DNA from: Elsinoe ampelina | Lineage: Eukaryota | Assembly (NCBI GenBank): GCA_010093995.1 | Contig: ML992504.1 | Coordinates: 558,001-622,000, forward strand | Reading direction: 5' to 3' | Length of the DNA: 64,000 nucleotides | In this document: in pieces, positions 9,572 through 22,008 of the stretch | Position numbering within the stretch: position 1 is the stretch's first letter | Layout of the letters: the number at the start of each line of letters is the position of its first letter | Program-made: the position numbers and the translations under genes | The notes under the pieces: model-generated | Told to the model about the DNA's origin: nothing | Seen by the model: the letters and a program-made list of their open reading frames with translations, nothing else | The model's database searches: none

Positions 9572-12500
9572 TCAATCGTCAATCGTGATGGCTTCAAAAG
9601 GTCTCTTTCTCGGCACCAGAGAAGTGGCCGTCGAGCCTGCACTCGGTCTGGCCATATCTTCCGCATCCGGCCCCATCGGACGCTGGCTGTCGCTGGCAGG
9701 TGTGCTTCTCGGGATCCTAAGCTCGGTGATATCATCGTACCAGTCGCCCAGCATGCGTTTCAAAAAGTCCTGGTCGATATCGGGCGACGAGGGTTTCTTG
9801 CCCGGTTGCGTTCGGCCGGCCACGTTGGAGCGGACGTAATTGGCTCTGTCCTCCCACGCTCTGTAGGCGATGTGGTGCGGTGTTTGCCCCTTTGCGACGC
9901 TCAAGGTCCCCGAGAAGTCTGATCTGTGGAGATTGCTGATGATGCCGGATTTCTTGAGTTGTCGGCGGAGGTGGACGCGATGCTTCGGTGATAAAGGAAT
10001 GTCTTGCGAGCTGATGGTTGGGCTTTGGAGGAAGTCGTCGAGGCTTCGGCAGGCGGTGCAACGGCATGGTAGTGTGCTGAAGCGCCATGTTGGTGGGACT
10101 GGTGAGGGACCAATGTAATGCTTGATGCAGCAGGCCAAGAGCCGCTTGAAGCATTTCTGTAACGTTTGAAGGAGCGTCGGCGGACGCTGCTGGAGCTTCT
10201 CCATTTTCGATAGGCGGTAGAGTAATGGTATTGTCAGATGGAAATGCACGAACGGGTACGATTGAGAGCAAGATGCCACTCCGTCCGTAACAAGATCAAT
10301 CAGGGTTTCGACCATCCCAGGCGCATCGTAGCTTAGGAAAGCCTCCACTACTCCAGCAATCGGATGTGGATACAGGACATCGGCTGGGAGTCTTCGATCG
10401 AGACCACCTCTGCCAGGTGTGGTAGGGAAGGTTGCGAATTTGAAATGACCAAAGGCAGAGGCGTACAGATCCATCAATGTCTCCTCAATATACACTTTGT
10501 CGAGGATTCTGCCATCCTTGCCAGCATCCCACAGTCTGTCACAGATAGCGAGTGTGAATGCGGTCTTGTGTGTCCATGCTTTGGCCCAGGGGATGATACT
10601 GATAGATCAGACAGGCGATCGCTCGATATCATACTAACTCACCGCTCTGTAATCAGATCGGAGCTGCGCTGCTCTGCGAAATCCATGATGTTACCGCCGT
10701 CCCGAGATGTGGTCGGCTCCAAGGCGAGAACCTCATCAAGCTGAAGATTGGACCACTGGGTCACAATGGCGACTTCCTCCGCAGAAAATGAGGTTCTGCT
10801 TCGCTGAGTGTGGGCAATCGGCATTTCCGGTCGACTTTCAATCCATTCTGAGCCTTCATCCTCAATGATGCCAGCCAGCCTAGCGGTGATATCATCTTCG
10901 TTGTAGCTTGTCGCAGGAGGATCCGCGTCGTCTTCCCAGTCTTCGTTTTCATGCTCATAGCATACCTCGCCAGATTTGAAGCCCATCTCGAAATACATTG
11001 CGGCCATAGCTCTCGTTCCGATGTGAGCGTACCGACGGATCACAACTGAGAGACTGTGATTCATTAGCGTCCGCATAGTGCGAGGAAGGAAACGGACCTT
11101 GGTAGAAACCTCTGCATGTCGCTTGGATGTACAGCCTGGCCGTACTCTTCGAACTTTTCAGTATCCGGCATTTGGCATGCTCGCATTAAAATATTTTCGA
11201 ACATGATCTCATCCCCTAGATACGCCGCACAGCGAGCAGCGTAGGGTGGAACTTCTTCATGGACTCTCTTGCTGGGTCTTCTACCTCCAGACCGAGGTGT
11301 CCTACTAGTCTTTTGGCACAAAAGTGTTTCTTCAACGATGCCACATGCAGCCGCCAGTTGAGCGCGGCAGATGTCATCGTGCGGTGTAGCAAGGAAGCGC
11401 TCGGCGAGTTCTTGGAGATATAGCGTGACATCTCTGCCTCCTTTCAGCTCAGGCTCCAGCTTCAAGACAGGAATTCTCTCGTTGGGTATGAGAATCATGA
11501 CCTGTCAAAGCGTCAGCATGACTACCTTGAGGCCGTGGGCTTGCCTTACGGTGCGTGTGTGGTACTGTATGCAACTACCAGAGATACCGTCTTTCTCGAA
11601 ATCTTCTCTGTCAGGGGTCGAGTCGCCAAATTCATCCTTTCCAACCAGATTGACTTCACAAGTTTTGAGATTCATGATCACTTCTTTGCCCTGCATGTCT
11701 TGCAATGCAGACAAAGACCACGATATCTCGTCTACGTCATTTATTTCATGAAATTCATTGAACTCATCCATGCCAAAAGATAGCCCGGCTTCTCTGTATT
11801 CAAGGGTTGAGAGATACACCGAGAACTTTGCTCGCTCAGCAATATGGCAAGTGCGTTTGACGAGCTGGCGATCGCTGCTTGCCAGGGACGACAAGCTCAG
11901 AGCCCCACGCTTGTGGCCAAAGTCCAAGGAGTAGCATAGATACGACAAGTCTATGGACTTTCGCCATGCTTCCAAGAGATCATGTAGGCGTTGATTGGCT
12001 TGTGAGAGATGGGCCGCGCGCTGGGTCGTAGCACGCAGTGTGCTGTCATGGAGCCGGTACAGCAAGGCAAGCCGATGACCCTCACGGACTGGTCGTTGGA
12101 CGTGCTCAACATCGGCGTACCAGGCAGCGTAGGATAAGCTGAAGCTTGATTCGTGGCTCGTCTGCCAAGTCCGTACAGCTTCCTCGTGCCGAAAGAGTAT
12201 CTCGCCACCCTCATGGAACGACGAGAGGCATACCATTAGGAATCCGACCGTGTGATCAGGTACTGTCGGTCTGTACATGTCAACAAATCATCAAATCACA
12301 ATGCAATGTACCTTACAATGGATAGTGATCGCTGGTCGCTGCTGGTCCGTGCAAGATGAGCTTGTAGAGGTCTGCGGAGATATCTCCTCTAGACAAGTCC
12401 TCGATTCCAAGCTCCTGGAGGACATCCGGCAGAATGACATTCGTGATCCATTTCTGGAAGAGAGGGTTGAGGAAAGTCACGCGGCTGGCATCCACTTCCC

Positions 12501-12771
12501 ACGTGGTAGAGTCGACATCAGTCGGAGCTTCTCGAGCGGTCGCGACCGTCTTGAGCGCTGTCGCATCGCTCAATGGCAGACCTATACCCCCGATGCCCTC
12601 GACCTGAAGTGTCGGATTAGGATACTGCAGATATCTTGCATGGTATGCGGCAGTCCCGCTGGCGAGCTGCGAGGTGAAGCAGTTCTCGAGGTCAGACTTC
12701 AGACTTGCCAAAGATTGGGCATTTAGACGTCCAAAATCATTGGCGTTAGTGCTGGCAGTCAGCCCAGGCAT
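9572..12771 (-). CDS. Large fungal protein with an N-terminal 2OG-Fe(II) oxygenase-like domain (degenerate HxD); 5 exons
   Basis: Motifs PNPTLQVEGIGGIGLPLS, TWEVDASRVTFLNP, ADLYKLILH, VCLSSFHEGGE and YAAWYADVEHVQRPVREGHRLALLYRL. Introns 12271-12316, 11502-11549, 11054-11097 and 10599-10642 join five ORF-track fragments in frame. Confidence 0.75.
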
Positions 12772-13016
12772 CGGAGCGATGGCCTCGGGGTGATTGAAAG
12801 GTTTGCCGGCTTGGAATGAAGATCTCGTGTTAAAAGACGCGACGCGGACGAGATGTCGACCATCTCGGCCGCATCTCGGCCGAAACACGGATCCACTTCC
12901 CCAGATTCTCATGTGCGTCGGCAGAAAAAGTTCACATCATGCATCCCACTTCGAAGCACTCCATCTGTTTTACCACAAGTGCACGATGTTAGCCTAGGCT
13001 GTCGGACTTGCACAAT

Positions 13017-14669
13017 ATGCCGGCTCCTCCTTCGAATCAAACATCCCTGACCCGGCTCAGTCGCCCGAATGAGGATCCATTAGCAGAGGTTCGCCGGCGC
13101 AAAGCCCACCTCGCCTCAGCACAACAATCTTATGGCCGTGGCTCGCCGGTCGCCGTCCGGAACATTCGCGACAAGAAGCTTCGAGGTAACCTTCGTCAGT
13201 TAGAGCAGCGGTACCAGGATGCTGCGCTCCAAGCCAAGGACGCGGAGATCCTGCATGAGAATAGCTCAGGCTTTCTTGAAGCAGAGAGCGAACTCGAAAA
13301 GACGTACAAGGTCAGCCAGTCGGAGATTAAGCAAAGTGTCGGCGTAGAGACGGCGAAGAAGGGTTTCGAGCTACGACTTGATGAGCTAGGACCATACACA
13401 TCAGATTACACACGAAACGGACGGGAATTGCTCCTCGCTGGACGAAAAGGGCATGTTGCGACTTTTGACTGGCGAGAAGGCAAGCTAGGGTGTGAGATGC
13501 AGCTGGGCGAGACGGTACGAGATGCGAAATGGCTACACAACAATCAGTTCTTCGCTGTGGCGCAGAAACGGTCAGTATACATATACGACTCGCAAGGCGT
13601 AGAGTTACACAACCTGACCGAGCATATCGACCCCCTGTACATGCACTTCTTACCATACCACTTCCTGCTCGCCACAGTCGGAAACGCAGGATGGATCAAA
13701 TGGCACGACACATCAATAGGCAAGCTAGTAGCACAGACCGGCACTAAGCAAGGCACCCCTACCTCCATGGCCCTCAACCCCTGGAACGCCGTCAGCCACG
13801 TCGGCCACCAAAACGGCACCGTCAGCCTCTGGGCTCCAAGCAGCAGCACCGCCCTCGTCAAAATGCTCTGCCACCGCGGCCCCGTGCGCAGCATGGCCAT
13901 CGACCGCAGCGGCAACTACATGGTCTCCACGGGCCAAGACATGAAAATGGCCGTCTGGGACATCCGCACCTTCAAAGAAATCCACTCCTACACCCTCCGC
14001 CGCCCCGGCACCGCCCTCTCCATCAGCGACCGCAACCTCACCGCCGTAGGCTGGGGCACGCAAACCACCATCTGGAAAGACCTCTTCGTGCGCTCCCCCG
14101 CCGACATCCCCCCTCCCAAACCCACCTCCCCCTACATGTCCTTCCCCGGCGCCGGATCCCCCGTGCAATCCCTCCAATGGTGCCCCTTCGAAGACGTCCT
14201 CGGCATCTCGCACTCCACCGGCTTCACCTCCGCCCTGGTCCCCGGCGCAGGCGAACCCAACTACGACGCACTAGAAGCCAACCCCTACGAAAACGCCAAA
14301 CAACGCCAGGAAGCCGAAGTCAAATCCCTCCTCAACAAACTCCAGCCGGAAATGATCTCCCTGAACCCCAACTTCATCGGCGACCTGGACCTCGCGTCCC
14401 ACGAACAGAGGGAGAAAGAACGCGATTTGGACCGCGACGGGAAGCAGGAGGAGAAGGACCACCTGGACAGGTTGAAGAATAGGGGCAGGGGGAAGAATAG
14501 TTCGCTGCGCAAGTTTTTGCGTAAAAGGGGCGGGAGGAACGTGGTTGATGAGCGAAAGGTGAGGGTCATGGAGATGAGGGAGGGGCAGAAGAGGGAGAGG
14601 AGGAGGAGGTTGGAGGGGGGGAGGGGGGAGTTGGGGCCGGCGTTGGGGAGGTTTGCTGGGAAGGGTTGA
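13017..14669 (+). CDS. UTP7: U3 snoRNP/SSU processome WD40 protein Utp7 (BING4CT domain)
   Basis: LGPY..YTRNGRELLLAGRKGHVA, FLPYHFLL, GHQNGTVSLW and VPGAGEPNYDALEANPYE..KQRQEAEVKSLLNKLQPEMI. First ATG at 13017. Confidence 0.95.
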   Translation: MPAPPSNQTSLTRLSRPNEDPLAEVRRRKAHLASAQQSYGRGSPVAVRNIRDKKLRGNLRQLEQRYQDAALQAKDAEILHENSSGFLEAESELEKTYKVSQSEIKQSVGVETAKKGFELRLDELGPYTSDYTRNGRELLLAGRKGHVATFDWREGKLGCEMQLGETVRDAKWLHNNQFFAVAQKRSVYIYDSQGVELHNLTEHIDPLYMHFLPYHFLLATVGNAGWIKWHDTSIGKLVAQTGTKQGTPTSMALNPWNAVSHVGHQNGTVSLWAPSSSTALVKMLCHRGPVRSMAIDRSGNYMVSTGQDMKMAVWDIRTFKEIHSYTLRRPGTALSISDRNLTAVGWGTQTTIWKDLFVRSPADIPPPKPTSPYMSFPGAGSPVQSLQWCPFEDVLGISHSTGFTSALVPGAGEPNYDALEANPYENAKQRQEAEVKSLLNKLQPEMISLNPNFIGDLDLASHEQREKERDLDRDGKQEEKDHLDRLKNRGRGKNSSLRKFLRKRGGRNVVDERKVRVMEMREGQKRERRRRLEGGRGELGPALGRFAGKG

Positions 14670-15206
14670 GGGGGTGGGTTGTTTGGGTGGGTGCGGCCAA
14701 GGGGGGAGAAGAGCGTGGCAGGGGGCCAGCATGGAGTTGCACGAATGAATACCACCGAGCGTGCGCGAGCTGGGGTGTGCCCTGCCTCGGGAATGTGGCT
14801 GGGGACGTCGAGGAGAGACGTGCATGAGTCGGCGTTGAAGATGGCTATTTGCTTCCCGTTGCAGCATAGACAGCATTGTGGAGTCGTGGCACGAGGTTTA
14901 TGATCATAGAGGCTTGGGTGGTATCACGTATCATTGCGGTTAGATACTCTGTGCCATGCGCACGTAATTTACACATCTCAGATACTGCGGTGGGTCCAGG
15001 CGCCTCGGCTGACTATCTCTTCCGCCATGCTGCCTCATTCTTGAACGATCATGGCTGTTATGGAGCGATCCCTCATCACACCAATCAGTCGCGGGCCAGG
15101 TCGGGTGTCATCGTCCTCATTGGACCCGAGTGTCTCTAGCTCTGCTTGGCGCACGAACACCGCCGTCGAGGTGTCGAGTAGTCCTTCATCTGATATCCAT
15201 GGTCTT

Positions 15207-16415
15207 TCACCTCCCCCTCTCAGTCCGATCACTCCTCGCACTATTCTCACTCCCCGTACTCCCCAAACTTCCCTGCCTCTCCGCGTCATCCTCCTCCCCA
15301 CGTTTGCCCCTACCACTCGACTCCTCCGTTTCCGTCTCTTCCCCTTCGTCGATATCACCCTCTCTACCTCCCCGCTCGTGCTCCGGCGGACCATCACCCC
15401 ATCCTTCAATGTCGCGCAGTAACCGTACGTATTCCTCCGGAACCAGCCCTTGTTCGCCAGTCTCGAGATTCATGGCGACTAACCAGCCTTGACCGTGGCG
15501 GTAGCCGACCTGGATGATTTGTCCTTCGCGGAGTTCGAGCTCGTTGTCGTTCTCGGGGCTGAAGTCGTAGAGAGCAAGTGATGGGCCGGCGAAAGATTCG
15601 TCGAGGCTTGCGCTCTCGGGGCGGTGTTCTTCCAATGCTGACGGGGAGTAAGGGACTGTGTCGCCATCTTCTACGAATGGGGGATGTCGTCCATCGGCGT
15701 TGATGCTGATCTCGTAGCCTGGCCCGCGATTGTCGCGCGATTGCCGGGCGAATTGATTGCTGTAGGCTGAGTCATTGCGGTCGTACGGTTCGGAAAAGTA
15801 GCCAACGTACGCTGATGAGTTCGTCGAGTGTTGCGCCGTGTTACCTGCGCCTGCTCGCTGACTCGATTTGTGTTCCCGTGATGACCGCCGCCGGCCTCGC
15901 GTGTAGGCTTCCATGTCTGCGTAAGATTTGCTCTTGCGATGTTTTGATATCCGCCGTGATGATCTGCGGTTGCCTGTGCCGTCATCGTCCGAGTCGTCGC
16001 CGAATCCGAACGAGGTTGAGGGGAGTTGTTGGCCGGTGTTGTCGAAAGAAGAGTCTCGCCAGGGGCCCGCGGAGGCGTCCCATGGTGGCGGGTCACTAAC
16101 CCGCCGCGATGAATCATATTCGCCATCTGTGGATGAGTAATAGCTATGCCTGTCTGGCATGGGCCCGTAATGCATTGGGTTATAAGGAGGATATGCAAAA
16201 TCTCGTACTAGTGCATATTGTAGCGAGCTGTGGAAAAGAGGAAAGACGGTTGATGTATGCCGCGATCGTGATTGCGAATATGAAGACAAGCGGTGCGGAA
16301 GGGTATCATGTCGCTGTACAGAATCGAGAGACAGTGCTGGTGGTGGAGCGTTCTCTTCCGACCTGGAAGGTCCAGACGCAGTCGAATCATGGTGTGGCTG
16401 GAGTACGTCGGCCAT
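15207..16415 (-). CDS. NBP2: SH3-domain adaptor Nbp2/Skb5-like (HOG pathway regulator)
   Basis: SH3 domain ALYDFSPENDNELELREGQIIQVGYRHGQGWLVA...GLVPEEYV and N-terminal LVRDFAY motif. Start taken at the first ATG (MADVLQ). Confidence 0.85.
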   Translation of the reverse strand: MADVLQPHHDSTASGPSRSEENAPPPALSLDSVQRHDTLPHRLSSYSQSRSRHTSTVFPLFHSSLQYALVRDFAYPPYNPMHYGPMPDRHSYYSSTDGEYDSSRRVSDPPPWDASAGPWRDSSFDNTGQQLPSTSFGFGDDSDDDGTGNRRSSRRISKHRKSKSYADMEAYTRGRRRSSREHKSSQRAGAGNTAQHSTNSSAYVGYFSEPYDRNDSAYSNQFARQSRDNRGPGYEISINADGRHPPFVEDGDTVPYSPSALEEHRPESASLDESFAGPSLALYDFSPENDNELELREGQIIQVGYRHGQGWLVAMNLETGEQGLVPEEYVRLLRDIEGWGDGPPEHERGGREGDIDEGEETETEESSGRGKRGEEDDAERQGSLGSTGSENSARSDRTERGR

Positions 16416-17638
16416 CTTGTCACGGCGGCAAGCTGAAGGAGAATCTACCGACTCGGTGCTTGCCGCCCCTCCTGTTGCTGTTGCCAGATGCACCACGGCT
16501 GGCTGAAATAGAAATGCCTATGCGCCTTGCTCTTTACAAAACCGACTTGTCTTGATCGTAGACTCCAAATGTGTCGCCGAGTAGGGTGCGGCCTGGGTCG
16601 CGAAGCGGTACAATGAGTCCTTGGTAGCCGCAGCTTTAAGTTCGCAGGAGTCCGCTGTCACTTTGCAGAGAGGGCCGGGATAGCGTCCAAGAATAGCTCG
16701 ATATGTCCTTCACCTGTTGTGATTATACAATACTTGACAAGCCCAGAGATGGTCGCGAGGGTTATAGAATCATTCTTCCACGTGGAACATCCAGAACGTG
16801 GCACCAGTCCGGTGGTTGGGTGAAGGTCAAGAGGGCCTCGGTCGTTCGCGTCGAATCGCGAGTGGGGCACCTCGATTGCGTAGTACTCGACAGATGTCGC
16901 AAAGTCAATCTCGAGGGCTGTTGAGGAGCAAAACTTTGGTTGACGTACACGAGATGGTAAAGTGGTGGTGGTGTGGTGGTGGGAAGGTCAGCGAGTCGCG
17001 GAGGGTGCGGGCCGTTTGCTATTCTTAGATTTCAGAGAGAGACACGAAACGGCCACGGCGTCGAGTACTGTATGTGGCCTGTCATGTACAGTCTCGGTTT
17101 TATCGACCGTTGGACCGCAGAGACGGACAGATGTAGGTGCAAAAATCGGTATATAGGACAGTGCTTCCAGTGACGAGGGAAGTCGGGAGGAAGGAGCCTC
17201 GAGAGCTTCTTGGTAGTCTTCGTCTGCTTCTTCAGCAGCTTGAGCCTTGAGACGATCATGGGCCGGCGCTAGGCCTGACTGACGGTCGCTTTTTTCGACC
17301 ATGCCAGCCAATGGCGGCCAATGGCATGTCGCGAACCAGATCCGCCTTTGTGTTTCAGATTCTGCAGCTAGAGCAAAGTCCAGCACAGAGGGAAGAGAGA
17401 CGGGGCGGGGGTCTGATAATGCTGACCGCCAGACACGCCATCACATTTTGGTAGTGATATGCTTAGATGCGGCTAGAGCGAAGGCGCATGGGATAGGTGC
17501 AGATGAGATGAGCTCTGGCATTGTTCTATCATTGCTAATCTCGACAATCGCATGTCAAAAATAATGGGTATCACAAACGTATCCACTAGCCGGGACCCCC
17601 GAACTAACTACGCCGCATCACATGCATATTGCCTCGTC

Positions 17639-18592
17639 TCAAAACCATGCAAGCGTCCACAAGGCAGGAAGATGCGGCCATCTCTCCTGCCACTCTGCGA
17701 GAATATCCGGCACTCGGGCATCAAAGCCTTCTCTCGCTCGTGGGTGTGCCTGGTCCCAAGAGTTGTTGCCATTGCTCTGGGCCCCCAATGCCCATGCATC
17801 TCGTTCTTCCTTTGCCGCCGCATTCAATGCATCGGCTAATTCGAGAATGGCTCTTCCCCCAACCAAAGCCTCTTCATGATTATCCTTGATGTCCACGTTG
17901 AATACATGAACCGGACGATTGAGTGGCGATCCTCGCGACAACAAGTCGTCCACGACGGCATCCCAGCATCGTTCTTCGCATGTAAAGACAATATCGACTA
18001 GTCCAGATTCTGTTCCCTCATGGCCTTTATCGTTATTGTAGTCTGGGTCAACATTACTGCCCACACGCATATCGTCAGCGGCGACTATGCGCTTTCCGAC
18101 TCGTGGCACTCCGACTTTCCAGTCCTGCCATCTCTCCGGTCCCCATTTGACGCCTCGGTTCCGCTCGAGCATGGGTAAGATGCCATTTGCTTTGTACAGG
18201 CGAGGATCTTTCGACTCGAGCTCTCGATACATGGCATCGTATGACGTGTTGTTGAAGTTGTACACATTCGGTTTGTCAATGCTCGGACCGGGAAGGCGAA
18301 CTAGAGACCCGGTACCAAATGATATGACCGGATATTGTGCCTGTGATGTCGACAATCGGAGATGTGCTTCCATGGAGCGGTTATTGTTGCTGGCGCACAC
18401 GGTGCAGAATCGCAACTTGTATCCGCCTTCTTCAGTGCTTTTGGCCTCATTCTGAGATGCTCCATTCGTGTTTGCCTGCCCGTTTTGCGGTGCCGGACTC
18501 GCTTGTGCTGCCTCTGGAGGGGGTGGAGGAGGTGGCGGTGGAGCAGAGGCTGCCGCGGCCGCCGCTCTACGACGTCGAGGATCTTCAGACAT
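17639..18592 (-). CDS. SSU72: RNA polymerase II CTD phosphatase Ssu72
   Basis: Catalytic motif [13 protein letters not shown], plus [23 protein letters not shown] and DIKDNHEEA. Confidence 0.95.
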   Translation of the reverse strand: MSEDPRRRRAAAAAASAPPPPPPPPPEAAQASPAPQNGQANTNGASQNEAKSTEEGGYKLRFCTVCASNNNRSMEAHLRLSTSQAQYPVISFGTGSLVRLPGPSIDKPNVYNFNNTSYDAMYRELESKDPRLYKANGILPMLERNRGVKWGPERWQDWKVGVPRVGKRIVAADDMRVGSNVDPDYNNDKGHEGTESGLVDIVFTCEERCWDAVVDDLLSRGSPLNRPVHVFNVDIKDNHEEALVGGRAILELADALNAAAKEERDAWALGAQSNGNNSWDQAHPRAREGFDARVPDILAEWQERWPHLPALWTLAWF

Positions 18593-19452
18593 GGCGTCCC
18601 AGGGATGTTGTGCCTATAGAAAGCTGTTCTGGCTGGTACCGTCGCGTCACCGTCGAGTGAAAGGACTCGCTGCACCCATGCTGTGGACAGCACTTGTTGG
18701 ACTGCGCACAGGCTATGAAAACGTCAGCCCAAGATGGCCAGAATCGTGGTTGAACATCTTGAATAACTCGAAGTAATCAGACAACGGATCTGCGTATGTA
18801 ATTTTGCTCCTCATGCTTGGACCTACATCCAGGCAATAGGACAGCTCCAATATGAATGTATCATCAGGTGAAGTGGGACAATGACCAAGGAAAGAGGGCA
18901 TCACTCACAGATCAGCAGATCGGCTACTGGGCGCAGAAAAACAATGTTCGCGTGCAGTCGGCGAGGTTGATATCAGTTTTGTGTGGGTGACGAGGGAAAA
19001 GCTGTCCCGGCTGCGGAGCTTCAATTCCAGCCGCTTGAGCTGTCACTCGTCAGGGCTTTCAAGACTTTGGTACTCTTCGTATCTCTTCCACATTTCAACT
19101 CTTCAGCCCCAGTCGTCATTCAACCGATTTGCAACACCAGCGACTTACGAAACGACAATGACAGTCCCTCAGTAGCATGATACCAGAGCAGATGCCGGAT
19201 CTCAAGCCATGTCCGGGACCGGCATCGCGATCCGGATCTACTCCTCCATCCCCGCTATCCCACCTTCCTCATTCGTGGTTGTTTCACTGTTGAGGAGGTA
19301 TACATGTTCAGAAGGTGGAGTGCCCGACGTCAGATCGCTGAGGGCAAGCCAGAGTGTGCGTAATGGGAATGATTGGGTCTGGAGCAGCGAGGTAGTATGC
19401 CTTTTCCTACTCTTCTCTTCTTCCCTATCTCGTCTCAAACAGCACAATCACA

Positions 19453-20566
19453 ATGGCAACCAAAGACTCGCTCTTGAATATCACCGACCCCTCTCTGCGT
19501 CAGCCTCCACCAGGCCAGACGCGCTCTTATCCCTCTCCCACCAGCACAGGCAAAGTCCCCTTCGACATTCCCAAGCACTCCACAAGCAGCGAAACCTGGT
19601 ATGCCCTCTTCGGCAAGCTCGACTCCTCCTCTATCCCATTGATTGCACTCCACGGCGGCCCGGGCTGCGGACACAACTACCTCAAAACTCTCTCCCTCCT
19701 CTCCACTGGCCCCTACGCTCGCCCTGTAATCCTCTACGATCAAATCGGCTGCGGGCACTCCACCCGGTTCCGAGACCGCAGACAAGACGACTCCTTCTGG
19801 CAGCCGCAGCTCTTCATCGACGAGCTCAACAACCTCATCTCCCACCTCAAGATCAGCCAATTCGATCTCCTAGGCCAATCATGGGGCGGTATGCTCGGCG
19901 CACAGTACGCGTCACTCCAACCCAAAGGTCTCCGCAAGCTCGTCATCTGCGACAGCCCAACGGACATGAGGACCTGGGTTGCCGTCGCCAACCAAATGCG
20001 TGCCCTCCTCCCCAAGGAAGTCCAGGAGACACTCACCCGGTGTGAAGAGAAGGGCGAAACCAGCAGTGAAGAATACGAGCACGCGGTCCTGGAATTCTAC
20101 AAGTTGTTCGTGTGCAGAGTCCAGCCTTTTCCGTTGGAATTCAACGAAACAATGGACAACCTCAAAGACGACGACACGGTGTACTTCAGCATGGTGAGTC
20201 CCTTTCTCTCCCCCACCTCCCTCCCCGTTTCCCCTCCCTCCCCCTCCCCTCCCTTCCATTTCCCCCTTCCCTCCATTCCCATTTCCCCCCCATCTGACCA
20301 CCCCAAAGAACGGCCCCTCGGAATTCCACGTCATAGGAAACCTCAAGACCTGGGACATCCGGCCCGAACTCCACAAGATAACCGCCCCGACCTTGCTGGT
20401 CAACGGCAAATACGACGAGGCGCAGGACGTGACCATGGCGCCCTTTTTCCGCGGCATCAAGAGCGAGGTCAAGTGGGTCAGGTTCGCGGAGAGCAGTCAC
20501 ATGCCGCATTTGGAGGAGACGGAGGATTTCGTGAGCGCTGTTGGGGGGTTTTTGGGTGGTGATTAG
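19453..20566 (+). CDS. Proline-specific peptidase / L-amino acid amidase (alpha/beta hydrolase, S33-like); 2 exons
   Basis: HGGPG, YDQIGCG and nucleophile elbow GQSWGG. Intron 20194-20308 restores MNGPSEF..GNLKTWD...NGKYDEA...SSHMPHLEE. Stop TAG at 20564-20566. Confidence 0.9.
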
Positions 20567-20569
20567 AGA

Positions 20570-20616
20570 NNNNNNNNNNNNNNNNNNNNNNNNNNNNNNN
20601 NNNNNNNNNNNNNNNN
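20570..20616. other. Assembly gap (47 N) next to a polypurine tract
   Basis: Run of n followed by GGGGGAGGAAGGGGAGG... Confidence 0.99.
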
Positions 20617-20983
20617 GGGGGAGGAAGGGGAGGAAGGGAGGAAGGGAGGAGAGGGAGGGGGAGGGCCGGGGAGAGAAGATGAGGCAGGTAGAGATCGGAG
20701 GGCATGGAGAGGGGTAGAGTATACACGGCGTCACCGTCATATCATAACCACATGTGTCACGATCCGTACGCTTGATCTACAAATGCCATGCACGTTCAAA
20801 TCCAGTGACGGAAATTTCAAATCCCCTGTATTCAGCCCCTCAGTTATGAACCGCTAAAGGACCTCTTCTTCTCGATGTACGCCGCGTGACAAGCAGCGAC
20901 GTTGACGCTGACGTTGACGCCTGTCCTGCTTCCCATGCCATTGTTCGTTTCCCGTGCATGCCTCTCCTCAGTCTGCTCTCCCT

Positions 20984-22008
20984 CTACATCACAACGCCCG
21001 AGTTAGAGGCGATACGGGGCCAGAGCTCGGCGGCCTCCTTGCCTACTGGGCCGGTGATGGCGGAGCCCTTCATTTCACCCTTGGGGTTAACGATCTGTAA
21101 ATCGGAAGTCAGCTCATTTATCCTGGTCAGCGGTTCTCCAGCCTGCGATCCCAGCCATCACGCAGTGCTTCTGCCTGTCCAGCCCCGCCTGGTGGCGTCG
21201 AGTTGGTTCCTGTATCCAATCTTACGACCTCCAAGTCATCCTCTTCACCCCTCCTCTCTCTCTCCCCCTGCTCATGCATTCACCACTCCTCTTGGCCAAA
21301 CCGACAGATGCAAACGGAGAGGGGTGTAACGTACCACACCAGCGTTGTCCTCAAAGTACAGATAAACCCCGTCCGCCCTCCTCCACGGCTTCGACTGCCT
21401 CACCACCACCGCCGGCATGACCTTCTTGCGCAACTCGGGCTTGCCCTTCTTCACCGTCGCCATGACCATGTCGCCCACGCCCGCGGCGGGGAGACGGTTG
21501 AGGCGCGCGCCGATGCCCTTGACGCTGATGACGTACAGGTTGCGGGCGCCCGAGTTGTCGGCGCAGTTCATTACTGCTCCGCTGTGGGTGATTGTTAGCA
21601 GTCATTCGCAGGGGTGTGGTCGGGTTGGTTTGTGGAGGGGTTGATGGGCTGGGTGGTGAGCGGTTGTGGCAGAGGTGATGTCTGCTGCCGGTTTTTCAAG
21701 GAGTGGCGGTGACGCTTTGCGCTGCTCGAGTGGTGTTGGTGAATGGTGGAGGGGGAACGTACACGGGCAGGGCCAGAGTCATCTTCAGCTTCTGTCCCTT
21801 TGCACCACCGCGACTGGAGAACAGTCAGTATCCGTCCATGAATGCCACCTTCTTTGATTCTCTCCGCATCCAGTCCCGGATCTTCCTCTTGCCATCACCC
21901 AGCTTGACTGCCTGTGCCCTCCTCTTTCATCTCCATTCTCCCTCGCTCTCTTCTTCCTCCTCTTTTCTTCGGGATCAAAGGGTCAACGTACGCTGCTCTT
22001 CCAGACAT
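20984..22008 (-). CDS. RPL23: 60S ribosomal protein L23 (uL14); 4 exons
   Basis: Exons 22008-21992, 21813-21763, 21581-21335 and 21094-20984 give [39 protein letters not shown]...[25 protein letters not shown]...NSGVVM. All three donors are gtacgt. Confidence 0.97.

Noticed and set aside
21095..21991. Possible intronic snoRNAs in the long RPL23 introns
   Set aside because: Only degenerate box C-like words, CTGA mostly explained by branch points, and no recognisable rRNA guide. An Rfam/snoscan search would be needed.
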